From Curvularia clavata (Eukaryota), in contig CP089276.1 in NCBI GenBank assembly GCA_023920165.1, positions 682,001 through 746,000 on the forward strand: a DNA stretch of 64,000 nucleotides. Reading direction: 5' to 3'. Below, in pieces: positions 49,796 to 63,526 of this stretch (the stretch's first letter is position 1; each line of letters opens with the position of its first letter). The notes beneath the pieces were generated by a model. It had not been told where the DNA came from. It saw only the letters and a program-made list of their open reading frames with translations, and made no database searches. Made by a program: the position numbers and the translations under genes.

Positions 49796-52353
49796 ATGTT
49801 ACAACCAGACGTGCAAAACAAATACCCGATCGGAAGTACACCACCTAGAACATTCATCCCGTACCTAGTATTTGTATCGCTTCTTGTCAGCTTAACCGGG
49901 ACTTTTACCACTGTAGAGCTGCTGCACCGAAGAGTATCTAGTGTAGGATGGCGCTCTTGGTATGCATTACAAGACCATATCTATGTTTCAACATTTGACA
50001 TCTCGCAGGGCCGATGTTGCAATCTGTTCAACCAACTTCGTAATAGTGGCAGTCTGGTGCATGCACTTCATAGGAAATTCCGCCATTGTCCTTGGTCACG
50101 GAGAACAAGAAATTCAGCTCTACTACGATGTGACATACTCCGCTCTATCAGCTATCCTACCAATCCTTCCTGCCTTTGTAGGACTTTCGATAGCGGCAAT
50201 TTTCTATGAAATCGGTCGCGGAGCTGTTGTTCGACTTGGATCACTTGCTATATGCGGGCTCTGTACCGGGGGTGCAGTAGCGATGATGCGCTACCTATGT
50301 AACAACGGCATAAGCAATCTCATCGTCTCATATAGCTTGGGAAGCATTTTTGGCGCCACAGCTATTGCCATAGTCGCGTGTTCTGTTGGGTTCGGTCTCT
50401 CTTTCTACTGGGGCAGACGTTGGATCAACAATATCTGGAGGCGAATGCTGGTGTCTTTCATACTGGGTCTGGGCGTCTGGGGGTAAGTAGTGTAGGTACA
50501 ACATCATACGGTCATGTTTCTGACATAGTCTAGGATGCATTGGACTGCGGTACTAGGCACTCGGTATCAGATTCGGAGCTATCACGACCAGGAAGATGTG
50601 GACAGAAACACGAGCCTCATCATTGCTTGTTGTCTTGTAAGTCACATGTTTGATTGAAATTCTTTCCAACTAACAATGAGACCAGTTAGTAATTTCATGC
50701 ATCGGATGCAGCATTCTATGTTACATCAAAGAAAGGCAACGGCAACAAACAGAGACCATGGTACAGCAAGTCATCCTAGCTGTTGCTCTTTTCGACGAGG
50801 CAGGGAGCTTGTTGGTTGACAAGATCGGCTTGATGCCATGCCAGACTCTCACAGACGATTTCAACCAAATAGCTTTGGACGATGAATTCAACACATCGCA
50901 CCCGGTTTTTCAATGGATCTTTAGGGTCACAAGGAACTGGAGCGGCATCTCCGATCTCATTCCGTCAATGCACGGACATTTACAATCAGCTGGACGGATA
51001 CGCAACTCGCATTGCGAGATTAATGATTCAGTACGCGCAACCAATTTCCGAGAGTTGTTTTGCATCACGGCCGAAAGCATCGCAGCATCGCTTAACATGA
51101 GCCTCGAAAATCTAGGATGCTTGTACGAGGACGTTTTAACTATTGGTACGACAATGAAGTATGATACGACACGGATGAGCGCACGCTTGGGAACAGCTAC
51201 TCCTGAAATAAAAGCTGCCATCAACAATCTCGAATTGGGAAAAATAACCCCAACTGTTTTTGGCAAGGGCCAGATGCTTCTACTCACAAAAACGGTTGAC
51301 AACACGGAAGCGCACCGACTGCAGCAATTGGGCTACAGGTTTGCTGACGTCGAGCAAGTCAGTGATAACCTAGCTCGTAGCTTTCAGATGCCCTGTGGTG
51401 ATGTCGAGTATCTCATGGCTCGCCTCCATGCTTTCAGCAAAAGGCAGCATCGTGTGCCGAAGAAGGGCACTTACCTTGCCTCCTTCTTGATACAACCGAA
51501 GCCTGGTATGAAGGACATTGACGTTGTGGTATGGCGGGCGAACCCCGGCCGGCTTCCAATGATCAAGCTGGATGAAGATCAACTTGAAGGCCGGCAACTA
51601 GAACTTCTCTCGACATTCGACGGACTCACTTTGGACAAGTGTCTCGCGCAGATCAAAAGATCGTCGAAATTAGGCACCGGTGATACCGCCTTCATGCAAA
51701 AGTTTCGCAATGGGATCGAAAGCCTTCTCCGAGAATGCCCTGAGGAGACTCTACGTTCTGCTCGTTTTTCAGCACAACAACTCGACATGGTGCATGGGCA
51801 GACACAGTTCAGCGAGGCAAAAGTGTTTGCTTTCTGCGGAATCAAGGAGATTTACATCCAATCGCTGCAGAGCCTCACACTAAAGACGATACCGTTTTCT
51901 TTCTTCAACACATATCTCAGGTCACAACCGGAATGCGTGGATCATGACGCGCTGGTCAAAAGAAACCGCGACGAATTTGGCCCTGTACAACAAGCACGGT
52001 CGGGTGCAGCAACACCCACTAGTCTCGGTGCCGGTAGGCCTAAGAATCTGCGCAAGAAGCAATCCTCATTGAGTGTGAGGAGTTGGAATGCAGAAACAGG
52101 GTCGGTAGAATCGCGTGCGAACTATAGACTGACGAGATCTCTCACTGCGGTTTCGGCGCACTTGTGGAGTGGTATGGTCATGACTTCGATCATGAATATC
52201 AGCTCGGCCGACTGCAAAAGTGACGGTAAAGGGGACGCTAATATGATGAACAAAGAGTGCCAGACGCTGGCTGATCGACTGATGTTCATCACGACATCGT
52301 TCCGTGGTTCACACTCGAGCCAAGGGTCCTTCCGATTGGGAGTCCAGAATTAA
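49796..52353 (+). CDS. Fungal MHYT-domain membrane sensor protein
   Basis: TTVELLHRR, WCMHFIGN and GMHWT motifs, multiple TM helices, cytosolic region with FNTSHPVFQWIFRVTRNW; introns 49960-50008, 50483-50533 and 50637-50685. Confidence 0.85.
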
Positions 52354-52883
52354 ACATTTTCTGGCTTATTCTCTTTGTCCTAAGGCTGTCTTCTTTTTTA
52401 TAGTATCGCATGTGGGTATATGTCTATTTGCAATTGAGACGTTCTTTCTTTTGTTAAGCAGCCATGCGAGACATGGTTCGCTGGGTGGAGAATCACTCTT
52501 GCGTTAAGGTGTTTGGAACTCTGGAATGAAAATGCATTTGTTATATCAATGTCGCATATTTGACTTAAGCAACTGTGTGAATCTGGTTATCCAATCGGGT
52601 AAAAAGATGACCGATGAATGGTAACCATAATCAAGGGGCATGTCCGATGGCGGAAGGAAGGTGGGATGCTTGGCATGCCTATGACGCTTCTCTGAACTTT
52701 CTGTGCCCCACTCCCGAGCCATACAAAACATTGACTCAGTTTCGATTGAGCAAAGGCAGCGAAGATAAGACGGCAAGACTCATTTCCTTACTACACGAGT
52801 TATATCTCGTTCATTTCCTAGCCTGAATTATATTTTGAGAAGACCGTTGACGGCTGCGACTCGCCCGCAGCTGCTCGTCAACC

Positions 52884-54206
52884 ATGTCCCCGCCTGCAAA
52901 TACACGAACACACAAACTCTCGCAACTCGCAACCCTCACACCACCGTCTAACTCGCGGACATGGCAGTCCTCGCCACACCCAACTCTTCCCATAGTTGCG
53001 ACCGCCTGCTCAGACCGAAGCGTCCGCGTGTATAGTCTCACGTCCTTCACACTCCTCCACTCGATAACCGGAGGTCACAAGCGCAGCGTACGCACTGTAT
53101 CATGGAAGCCTGGAACACAAGGCCAGAGTGTGTTGGCCACAGGAAGCTTTGATTCGAGCGCCGGCATCTGGCGACGCGAGGAGCAGGGCGCTGCGCTTGA
53201 GAACGACTTTACAAATCGGCGCATGGGCAACCCTGAAGACGATGATGACCGCGATGACGACGCAGACGACTATCAATTTAGCTGCATTCTCGACGGCCAC
53301 GAATCTGAAATCAAGTGTCTGTCGTGGAGCCCTTCCGGGCAGTACCTAGCTACCTGTTCGCGCGATAAGAGCGTGTGGATATGGGAAGAGCTGGAAGACG
53401 ACAACTTTGAGACAGTGGCCGTATTGCAAGAACATGATGGAGATGTCAAGTGTGTTGCATGGCATCCAGAAGAGGATTTGCTGGTCAGTGCAAGTTACGA
53501 TGACACGGTCAGATTATACAGGGAGGACGCAGACGACTGGGTACAAGTCGCCATGATAGATGGACACAGTCAGACAGTATGGTGGACCGAATTTGAAGGA
53601 AGCGGAATGAGTAAGAAGGACTGGAGAGCGCAAAGAGACGGTCTGTCCGCAGAACAAGCACAGTACATTGAAGAACTTGAGCGATCAGGGCCACGATTGG
53701 CGACTTGTTCAGATGACCGCACGGTGAGGATATGGAGGCGGAAGGCGAAAGAGAGGGACGAAAATGCTAGCAGCAATACGGGCATACCAAGCATTATCCG
53801 CTCGGCAGCCATCGATGAAGATTGGTATGAGGAGGCCATTCTCCCACAAGTTCACGAACGCGCCATCTACGCGGTCTCATGGAGTCGCAACACAGGTATG
53901 ATTGTTAGTGCTGGCAGCGATGGCAAGATTGTTGTCTACAAAGAGCAGTGGAGATCGAATGTCTCAGATACCGCCAATGGTGAACAAATGGACCATGATG
54001 CGGCGCAGGCACAGCCACCGACAGAATGGGTAGTTGTTGCGGAACTATTTTCAGGGCACGACGTGTTCGAGATCAACCATGTTGCCTGGGCGCCGAGAGC
54101 AGACAAGGACAAGCGGTTCGAAGGTGAAGAGGTTGTGCTGAGTACTGGAGACGACGGAGAGGTTCGAGTGTGGACCTTGGATGATACATCTGCACCTGGA
54201 ACATGA
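52884..54206 (+). CDS. CIA1: Cytosolic Fe-S cluster assembly WD40 protein Cia1
   Basis: GHKRSVR, LATGSFD, LDGHESEIK, LATCSRDKSVWIWE, LQEHDGDVKCVAWHP, SASYDDT. Confidence 0.93.
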   Translation: MSPPANTRTHKLSQLATLTPPSNSRTWQSSPHPTLPIVATACSDRSVRVYSLTSFTLLHSITGGHKRSVRTVSWKPGTQGQSVLATGSFDSSAGIWRREEQGAALENDFTNRRMGNPEDDDDRDDDADDYQFSCILDGHESEIKCLSWSPSGQYLATCSRDKSVWIWEELEDDNFETVAVLQEHDGDVKCVAWHPEEDLLVSASYDDTVRLYREDADDWVQVAMIDGHSQTVWWTEFEGSGMSKKDWRAQRDGLSAEQAQYIEELERSGPRLATCSDDRTVRIWRRKAKERDENASSNTGIPSIIRSAAIDEDWYEEAILPQVHERAIYAVSWSRNTGMIVSAGSDGKIVVYKEQWRSNVSDTANGEQMDHDAAQAQPPTEWVVVAELFSGHDVFEINHVAWAPRADKDKRFEGEEVVLSTGDDGEVRVWTLDDTSAPGT

Positions 54207-55054
54207 GTAGGTCCAAATACATTACCGCAAACAGTCAAGTTCCGCCGTTTTCTCTCCCCACATCGTATGACCTCATGCGCTCTTTTTTCTCTTTCAAAGC
54301 TGGCAAAACCCGCAACAACAACTTCCCGTCTACGCTCCGCAAATCCCGGCCATTGGCAGCTTCGGACGAGTTCCGTATGCTTTGTCCAGAGTGACTTCCA
54401 AAACATGACATCAGGCCCCCTGTACCATGGCATCCCCCTGTAATGTGATGCAGCACAAGTCTCAATAGGACATTTTACCGAGGAGCGCAATGCTAAGCAC
54501 AAATGCGAATTTCACAGAATGCAGGAATCAGAAGGGGAAGGACAACACGTGGGCCTTCTTTGGCGATTGCTGGTACTCGCCGCTGTGGCGCAGGGGGCGG
54601 CGGGTGCGCTTTCGTCATGCCAAGGTGCAGATCGCGATTAGGATCAAGGCAGGGCCGCGAAATTTACGGCAAGATGCTAGGTGTAATCTACGCGTGTCCA
54701 GCGACACCTATTTGACCTCACCGTCGCGATTGTGATATCTTTTGGCGCCGCTTTGCCTGTATCCTTTGCTGCGCATAGTGGACGAGGCTCTTGCGAGCCT
54801 ATCGTTGCTTCCTCTGATCGGCCCTTTGTAGCTGTACCGTGTGTACCTCTGGCCTCACCCGCATTTTCCCCGTATCGGAATTGCGCTGTGCATCACACAG
54901 CTCCTCGGTCTCTCCACCCCCACCCACCTGCGCTCGCTTCCATCTCAACGTATTTTCGCCAAGCGCGCGTGCTGTGTGAGAACAGACTGGTTGCACCCAT
55001 AGTCTTCCCCCGCTTGTTACTCGGTTCACCGCCTGCGCCTGTCCGACACTGCCT

Positions 55055-56492
55055 ATGCCACCAAAACGAAAGCGAACCACCGCCGTAGACTCCGTCAAGC
55101 AGCACGCCATGGATCCTGTCCAGCCTTCTTCCCGCGATGCATCCGACGAGGGCACCGTAGACCCTGTTCTCAAAGCAGTCGCGTCCAAGAAGGGGCGGCA
55201 AGCCGACGCCAATGGCACAGCCAAACGAGTCCGTGTCGCCAACGGCCCTCACGACGACGAGAGCGACGAGGAGCGCGCCAGCAAGAAGAGCCGCCGTACA
55301 TCATCACCTCTTGGAGACGAACATGGCGAAGCTGGCGAGGCAGAGTCTATGCGCATGCCACCCCCTCCAAAGGCCGGTCTGGTTGATCCCGTTGGCTACA
55401 AGACGAACCCTCCGCCCCAGGGGCGACCAGTCAGGATATACGCAGATGGTGTTTTTGACCTGTTCCACTTGGGCCATATGCGCGCGCTTCAGCAGGCTAA
55501 GACGGCCTTTCCAGATGTCCACTTGGTGGTCGGTGTCACTGGCAACAAGGAGACACATAAGCGTAAGGGTCTAACTGTTTTGTCAGCAAGGGAACGTGCA
55601 GAGAGCGTGCGCCATTGCAAATGGGTCGACGAGGTCATTGAGGACTGTCCCTGGATCGTTACCGCCGAGTTCTTGTTGAAACACAACATTGATTATGTTG
55701 CCCACGACGATCTTCCATACGGTGCAGACGAGGGCGACGACATCTACGGCCCCATCAAGGAGCGAGGCATGTTCCTTGTTACTCAAAGAACGGAGGGTCT
55801 CAGCACAACGGGCATTATTACAAAGTAGGAGCACTTTCTCTACTGACTGGGGCTTTGCTAACACGTTGTAGAATCGTACGAGACTACGACCAGTACATCG
55901 ATCGCCAGCTGAAGCGTGGAACATCACGCAAGGAACTCAACGTATCGTGGCTGAAGAAGAACGAACTTGATATCAAGCGCACAATGGCAGAGCTGCGTGA
56001 CAGCATCAAGGCAAACTGGACCACAACCGGCATAGAACTCAGCAAGGATTTCCGCCAATTTTGGCAAACAAGCCGGCCGGCAAGCCCGGCAAGAACCCCT
56101 ACAAGAGAGCATTCACAAGCCGAAGCAATGGATGTATCGGGCTCCGCTCGCTCGCCCTCGGCACTCTCGCGACTCAGCCACCTCGATATTCCACGTGCAA
56201 ACAACCCGTCTCGGGAATCGTCAGAGTTTACAGCGGGTTACAACCTTGGTTTGATTGGAGGTGTACGATCATGGGTACGTTGGGTCATATTTTGCGTTTG
56301 GGCAAGAGTGGCATGCTAACAGAATGATTGCAGATGGCACGCAGTCGTCGTAACCTAAACGATAGCCGACCCCAGAGCCCCATTGACGATAGTTCGGACG
56401 AACAGGAGGCAAAGAGCCCTCAACAAGAAACTCCCCGTGGACGCACCGGCAAACAAACAAAGAGCGAAGCATCGGTCGAGACTGCGGCTTAA
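55055..56492 (+). CDS. PCT1: Choline-phosphate cytidylyltransferase
   Basis: [18 protein letters not shown] (HxGH), [24 protein letters not shown]; introns 55825-55871 and 56275-56333. Confidence 0.93.
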
Positions 56493-57127
56493 GAACCGTT
56501 TATTCGGTACATGTAGTAGATTATTGGCCTCTCTCCCTTTTTTCCCCTCGTTATTACTACTTATCTTAATATGATCCTGTTGCCGCGACTGGTCTTTCCT
56601 AACTTCCCTGTTTCTTCTACTTGTACGAACAACGGATCATTGTCTCAAACGCAATGGCCTTGACTCTGCTAACAATCAGCTTGATTTGGATTTTCCACGT
56701 TCGCTTTCGACTGTTCGCCGAACAAACGGGCAGATTCAACCCGAAAGACGTGCTTGTATCACACAGCAATCGTCAAGCGCGGACGAAATGGCAGAGATGG
56801 ATGACAGTCAGAGAGAAGGTAAGTTTTTTTTAAACCTGATTGATTGCTTGATTGCTGGGTAAGACACAGGAAGAAGACATGTTTAAACTAAGGATGGATT
56901 CCCAACATACACAGCATTAGAAGATTGAAGCAGCCAGGAACACGCCGACGACACTCTGGTCCTTCATCATTTTCAAGCAGCAAAGTCGAGCAGATAGTAC
57001 TCACTCTGAACCTAGACGATTCGACTATCCTGTCTTGGACCGCCTCATCCATACTCACAGACATACACACATACGTATACAAAAAATCTGCCCAAGCAGC
57101 GTCAACACTGGAAAAAAAGGGGGAAGA

Positions 57128-57424
57128 ATGTGCACAGCCCTCTTCTCCGTCTCCTCGTCCTGCGCCTGTCCGCCCACGCCCGTCTACCCCTACTTGCGGC
57201 TCTGTCTACTGGCCAAGCAGTATGAACCACCGCGCGCGTGTCCCGTCGGCAGCCGCATGAGCCAGACAAGGTGGATGAGGGGCAGGTGTGCGTGGTGTGT
57301 GGGATGCCAAGGGGAAATTGTGAGGAGAGAGAGGAGGGAGAGAGTGAGGAGGGGGCTTGCAGCTTCGGCTTCTACGAATACGAGGGGCAGGGAAAGGGAA
57401 AGAGAGTGGGTGTGGTGGGATTAG
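57128..57424 (+). CDS. Putative small Cys-rich protein (98 aa)
   Basis: MCTALFSVSSSCAC…LC…AC…RCAWC followed by an Arg/Glu-rich tail. The Cys spacing resembles that of the 43240 gene, but the 3' part is low-complexity. Confidence 0.45.
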   Translation: MCTALFSVSSSCACPPTPVYPYLRLCLLAKQYEPPRACPVGSRMSQTRWMRGRCAWCVGCQGEIVRRERRERVRRGLAASASTNTRGREREREWVWWD

Positions 57425-58490
57425 GGACGGATATTTTTTTTTGCCAAGAGGAGGGGGATTAGACGCTTCGTTTTCTTTTTTTGGTTGGGAGAGGGATTGA
57501 GGCGCATGTTGGTTTGGGATGGGGGTGCATGTAGGGGCTTTTCTTGATTTTCTTTTTTTTGGTGGCTTTGCTTTTGATTCGCTGCTGGAGATTGGGCGTG
57601 GGGGGCGAGGGAGTCGGGAAGCAGATCAAGAATGTCCTGTTAATACTCCGTAACAGGTGTACGGCAGTTGGTCAGGTCTAGGGGATTACATAGTCTTAGG
57701 CTGCCGAGACACGTCATGTGTTACGATAGGTGATAGGGATATGGTACGTGTTTCCGAACCTTTTTTCCCATCTTAAGGAGTGGGCTGATGCAGTGGAAAA
57801 TAATGGAACGCATTTGTTGAAGGTGAGGCAACGAGACAGATAGGCGGTTGTTTGGCTCCAGTTATTATTCGTGGTTCTGGCTGCGATAGTTAGTTGCTCC
57901 GGATTACCTAATCGGGACATGCCCTGGGGCCGACGACGAGGCAAGGGGGCGAGACAGCAGACGTCGACGCGAGAGCAAGACTGGAACGTATGATGCGTGT
58001 TAGTTTTGCCTCAGAAAACCTCGGCGTATGTATGGTAGAGAGGGGGGGATCATCGTTTAATTAATACGGTAGCAAGAGGGTGAAGTTGGTTCTTCTCGTT
58101 CAATGACATGAACGACCGGCGCTCGCTCGTTCTTCTAGCGGCGTTCCGGGGGATAGGAACCAAGCTAAGTAAGAGTGAGGCTAAAGCATGGCAGAATGCA
58201 TGGCATGGCCCGTAGGGACGGGGCAAGTTCCGCGCGACGACGGTGTCGAAAAAAAGTGCAGTGGAGAGGAGAGAGCGGACTCTGGTCTCCGCTCTTCCCG
58301 CTGCCCCCTTCGCTTGGCTCCTCCTTTACATGAACGGCCATTGTCTCAGCTTTTGCTTGTGTCTTTCTGAGCGCGCAAGGAAATCGATCGGTGGCTGTGG
58401 TGACGTGATGATGTTCCCAGTACGTGTAGCCAGGGGATTCCTTACAGCGCTCTTCTTGGTCCAGTGCACGACGATGGTCACTGCTGTGCA

Positions 58491-58538
58491 GTATGTGTAT
58501 GTATGTATGCATGCGTGTATGTATGTATGTATGTACAT
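58491..58538. repeat. Imperfect (GTAT)n microsatellite
   Basis: gtatgtgtatgtatgtatgcatgcgtgtatgtatgtatgtatgtacatac. Confidence 0.85.
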
Positions 58539-59882
58539 ACCGCAGAGCCAATATCCGGGAACTCGATGGCTGGCCTAGTTATTCGTCCGGATGGCATGGC
58601 CAGGGCGGTCGCTAACGACGACTCCATGTGTACTAAGACGACGACGACTGTGTGGGCCACGGTCGTGACAGGACGCCGGAAAGAGGCTTTTCATCATCAT
58701 GGGCGCGCTGGGTCATCACGCAAGCCGTGGCCCTGACTTGCTCGCCCTGGAATTTTTGGCAGCGCAGGATAAAAAGTGAGGCGGGTGGTGATGGCATGGC
58801 AGGCAGGGCAGGCGGCCAATCAGGACGCGGGGGGCTGCACATCTGCTGCACTCCCGTCGCTCTCGACATCGTCGCCTCCGCCCGTCTGACGAGCCCTTCG
58901 AGACACCACGGGCGACTAGCGGTGAGTGTGTTGGGATGACATGCCTTGCAGCTTCACCACCCAGCCCAGCACAGCGCACCCCGGGCGTCGACTCACGGAA
59001 CGCCCTAAGCCCGTCGGCGGTTCTCTGGCGATCGCCTCGACCCTCTTGCTTTGGCTCTGCTCTCCACGAGCGCATAACCACATCCGTCGCCCGTCTGTGC
59101 CCTTTGTTTAAACAACGCAAGGACTCCCGACTCGTATCTCAGCCTCTCCCAGCCTGCTGCACTACCGAGCCACCCCCCTCATCCTCTGCCGTCGTCGCTG
59201 TTTGAAGTACGCAGCTCCATCCATCATCGTCACCATCCATCCGCCGACACCACACCACACGACTCCGCGTTACCACTACATGCAGTAGTAACACCCTCCC
59301 TTCCTGTCTGTCTCTCTGTTTTCTGCTTGTTTCTTGTGCCTGTTGCACTTTGCTTTTCCTGCAAAGTGCTTTCCGTCCGAAGCCGTCTCTCTACGCTTCC
59401 GCTCTCTTCCTTGTTCTTGTTACCTTCTGTCATTGCGAATGACCTTCTTGTCCTCCTTCACTATGTTAACGCCTGTCAAGCCCTAAAACTTGCATACCAA
59501 CAGTCGCTATACTATATTGACCTAGTATCCATCCGAGCACATGCCAACAAGGTACGACTTCATCCCGCCTCTGCGCGCTCATCTGACTCGGCCTTTTCAT
59601 TTCGCTCGTTGCAGTGGACCCCCGGCGTGGCTCTGTCAAACAGCCCGCGAACACGTTTCCAGCTTGTGTCTTACAAACTGCGCTGTCTTGGATAGTTTGG
59701 GTGGGCTAACGACTGGTAGTCAGCGCTTGTAGCAACCTTGTGCACTTCTCTTTGAGCATACGCTCTCCAACAGACTTTATCACCACGGCTTCGCCCCATC
59801 CACGCGCCTGCTCCGAAATCGACTTGTTACCGTTACCCGTACCCCCAACCTACGTCATTTGGTGAGAACTCGACCAGCATCA

Positions 59883-61877
59883 ATGCAGAAGAACTTTGGT
59901 GGCGTACGCCAACGCAAGGACATGAGCTCTCACACGTCCAAGACAACTTCCAGTGCCAACCCTCCCTTTGCGTCGGAGCAGCATTATGCTGCACGCTCGG
60001 GTGCAATGGACGTAGACGGCATCGAAGTATCTCCTTCGCCATGGCACGGTTCCATCCCAAGTTCTGAAGGGCAGGCTGTTGAAGAGAGGCACATAGTAGA
60101 CCAAGGTGCAAGACACACTCGAGAGCATACCGCTTCGAGAGAATCAGTCTTGCCATCGCTGTCGCCACGTTGCTATTCACCTGTACAGGAAGAACTTGCG
60201 GAGATGCTCAAAGTTATGCTAAGCGAACAGCACGCGACACTACCGCCTGCCGAAGAGTTGGCGCAAGACTTTTTGTATGCAACACTCACACCACCTGTTA
60301 CAAAGCAGTCGTTGAGCGAGCTAGACATGCAAAGCATAATTACAAACATCAAGCTACGACATGACGTCAACTTTGATCGAGACCTAAGCTTCAGACCAAA
60401 CTTGGATGGAATCAAAGGACAGAAGAAGGAGCGGACGGCCGACAAGTACTGGACAGCGTTGATCGCTGAGCTGGAACTGTACAAGCGCTTGTTCCTGGGA
60501 ACACCGCCAATACCCCAGGCCAAGCTGGAACGATTCGCTCGCGGCGCCCAACGGCGGATACCAATCTTGTTCCAGACTATTCGAGATGTAATCAAAAGCT
60601 TGGTCCCTGACAGTGATCATTCAAGAGTAGACGAGCATCTCGATGGTCCGCTGCTGATGCAAGAGATTGAGCGTGGGGTTTGCGACTTTGTAAGGCTAGC
60701 GGAATGGATTGCACACCTGCTCAAGGAGCACTGTGCCCCGATGCGCGATGTGTGGGTTGACGAGATGGTATCTCTGACGAGGCATGGCGCGGCCACTCAG
60801 GATTCGAAGCAGATTGTCATTGGCCTGAAGACGCTGTTTGCTATCCTCGAGGCTATGAAGCTTGTGAGTATGAATGGTCATACTTCTGTCAGTGAAGCTA
60901 ATTGAGTTCAGGACGTCGCCAACCATCAGATTCGGAATCTAAGGACGCTGCTAATCGAGGATACGGTTAACTTTGAAAAGCATTATCACGTAGACCGGCT
61001 ATTGAATGGCAGGGCCAGGATCAACATCAACGCTGCGAGGAGCTGGTTCACTGCCGCCGTCGACGAATTTGGATCGCAATGCCCATCGCAACCAAGAGCT
61101 GGACCTTGCTTTGAGCTTGAGGTCTTTACACGTGCAGTTACGGCCAAGTCTTTCGGACGAGATAGGCGAGGAGACCTTCCCGAAACTTTCTTTCTCGACA
61201 GCGATCGATTGCGTGCGGTCCGGGCTGAGGTTGATGATCTCGTCATGTTTGAGGTCTGCATGGATATGTGCATCGCAATGGCAAGGCAGTTCGGATACAA
61301 AGGGCCCATCACCCTCCCTATCAGCCAACAACTCCGTTCTGCACTCTCTGCCATCATGGCCGAAGCTGCTGGACATGGAGCTCACCAGTGGATGATGAAC
61401 TCTGGAGCTCTATCCCTGGAGATCATGCGACACGCTTCACGTCTTGCTGGACAGTCGGAAACGTACAGCCTCGACCACATGTCCGAAGCCAACCAGAGTC
61501 TACGCATGCTATTTGTTCGCCGAACAGCCCACCACGCTGCCCGCCTCGAAGCCTCTCTCCTCCCACAGATTCTCGCCAACGTCGACCGCCACAAGGCCTC
61601 GTCGCCGGTAGACTTGTTCGCCAACCTCGTCCCCATCTCACCCTCCATGCCTCCGTTAGCAAGCCTTTCACGCGCTGCTACCCCCGATGCATTCGCTCTC
61701 GCCCACATCCACCCAGAGACGGCCAAGTTAGTAGACCTTGCTAACCGCATTACACACATTATCTTGCTTCATTGGCGCATATGGGCTTCTCTTGCATACG
61801 TTCAAGATGGCGTGTCACCTCAAGTACCCGTAGAGGGAAACTCACCGTCATCTCCTGCTTCACCAACCCAACAGTAA
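59883..61877 (+). CDS. SOK1: Sok1 / T-complex 11 (Tcp11) domain protein
   Basis: PPVTKQSLSELD, LRHDVNFD…LSFRPN, HCAPMRD, and LEAMKL|DVANHQIR across intron 60864-60911. Confidence 0.88.
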
Positions 61878-63526
61878 TAGTCTCAATCAAGACTGTCCGG
61901 GAAAGGCCACTGGAGCTGCGCCACCACGTGCGCCCAACGCATCTTCCACTTCAACCCAAACGAACCCATTTAATGCCTCTCATATCCACGTTTTTTTTTA
62001 TCTTCTTCTCTCTACTTTTCGGCGTTTTACCAAAGGAATCGATCTGGACACACACACACGAGATGCGGTCTATATACCCGGCGCAAAATTGAAAAGGGGA
62101 AATTACTTTTCGACTCCTTTATTCTAACGATACCATTTGTTTGTCTACACTTTTTTCTGGCTCGTTGTTGGTTGTTGATTGTCGACGACCAAGATCGGCC
62201 AATGAAATACGTTTTTTTGTAATGGGTATTGGCGGACGGCGCAAAAGGGAGTTACACAAGTTGTTGTACTTTTACTATGTCTGTTTTTGATGTAGGCTTT
62301 TTGGACATGATTTGATTTTTTTTAAGCGCTGGTGTTTGTAGTGATTGAAAGATGGTAAGATTTGGGAGTGTTTGAATGGTTGCCTTTTCTCCTTGTGTAA
62401 ATGGAATTTATTTATTCATTCTGTTGTTTGAGTATGTATGAGTTTGGAGTGCTTCTGTGTGCAGAGGTTGGAAAGGATGTTGGTATCTCATATATTGGTA
62501 TACATAGCACTATATACGTATCTATGTGTGTTTGTATATTGTGTGTTCTTGATATGAATGTGCGTTCTATAAGGAGGGAAGCAAACAACGGGTGGAGTTG
62601 GACAGAAGCTAGTATTTAACTACGGAGCTAGATTAGCAACCCCACAGCCACAACCGCTGCGCCACACCTGCTGCCTACAACTGCGTCATTAATATCCGGT
62701 TGCGAGCGCAAGGCTGCATCTACTGGGCGGTCTTCACCGGTGCTTATGGATCCTCTGCCTCTAGCATTGTGCAGGACTAGTTTAGCTGGTGCCTTTCAGC
62801 CCTTGCAAACTACAACTGAGAGGACAGGCATTGAATGACTGAACCCTTGACGCCCTTGCGAGACAGTGGCGCCACAGCATGAGCTTTTTTTTCGCTTGCG
62901 GCGAAATGTAGATGTGAGGGCGCTTGTGGGCTGCTCAGCCCTGATGTCAAAAGCTGATGTTGCATAGTGTACTGGCCGTCGCTGAGTGCAGAAACACTAG
63001 TGTTTTGTGCAGCCCTGATATCCAAGACCGCTCTTACACACTACTCTGACCGGCTGCATGCAAGAACAGGGCATTTTGCACATCAGTCATCTGAAATCAT
63101 GCATCTCAGCGGGTAAGACGGGACCGTGTCATTCGGACTTGGGCGAACATGCAAGGCAACACCGCCACACTTTTGTCTTGGCCCAGGCTGCCATGCGCCC
63201 TTTGGGGGCTGGCTCTCTCTCCCTCACGAGAGCCGGATTGCGGGGGTGTGAACTAGCGAGTTGTGCCACTGGAGTCATATCTGCATCGGGGCAATCATGT
63301 GGTTTGGCTGGCCCGGATATTAAATGCATGTTGTTGGGCTGCACTGGTTTGCTTCACACACGCCACCAACTCTTCAACTTCTCTTACTCACTCGGTGCAA
63401 AATTCACTACTCTCATTGACGCCTGACCAGTGGAAGAGCGAACGAACCTTATAAACTCCAGAATTCCCACGATTTTACCACTATTTTGACTCTTACCCTG
63501 AACGCAGCATCGACGGGGTATTAAAA

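Noticed and set aside
52884..54206. Second WD40 gene as another NLR sensor
   Set aside because: Its motifs identify the housekeeping protein Cia1, and there is no NACHT/NB-ARC domain.
57500..59880. Short ORFs or an ncRNA upstream of SOK1
   Set aside because: Low-complexity and microsatellite-derived ORFs; more consistent with a promoter and long 5' UTR with a probable UTR intron (about 59552-59719).
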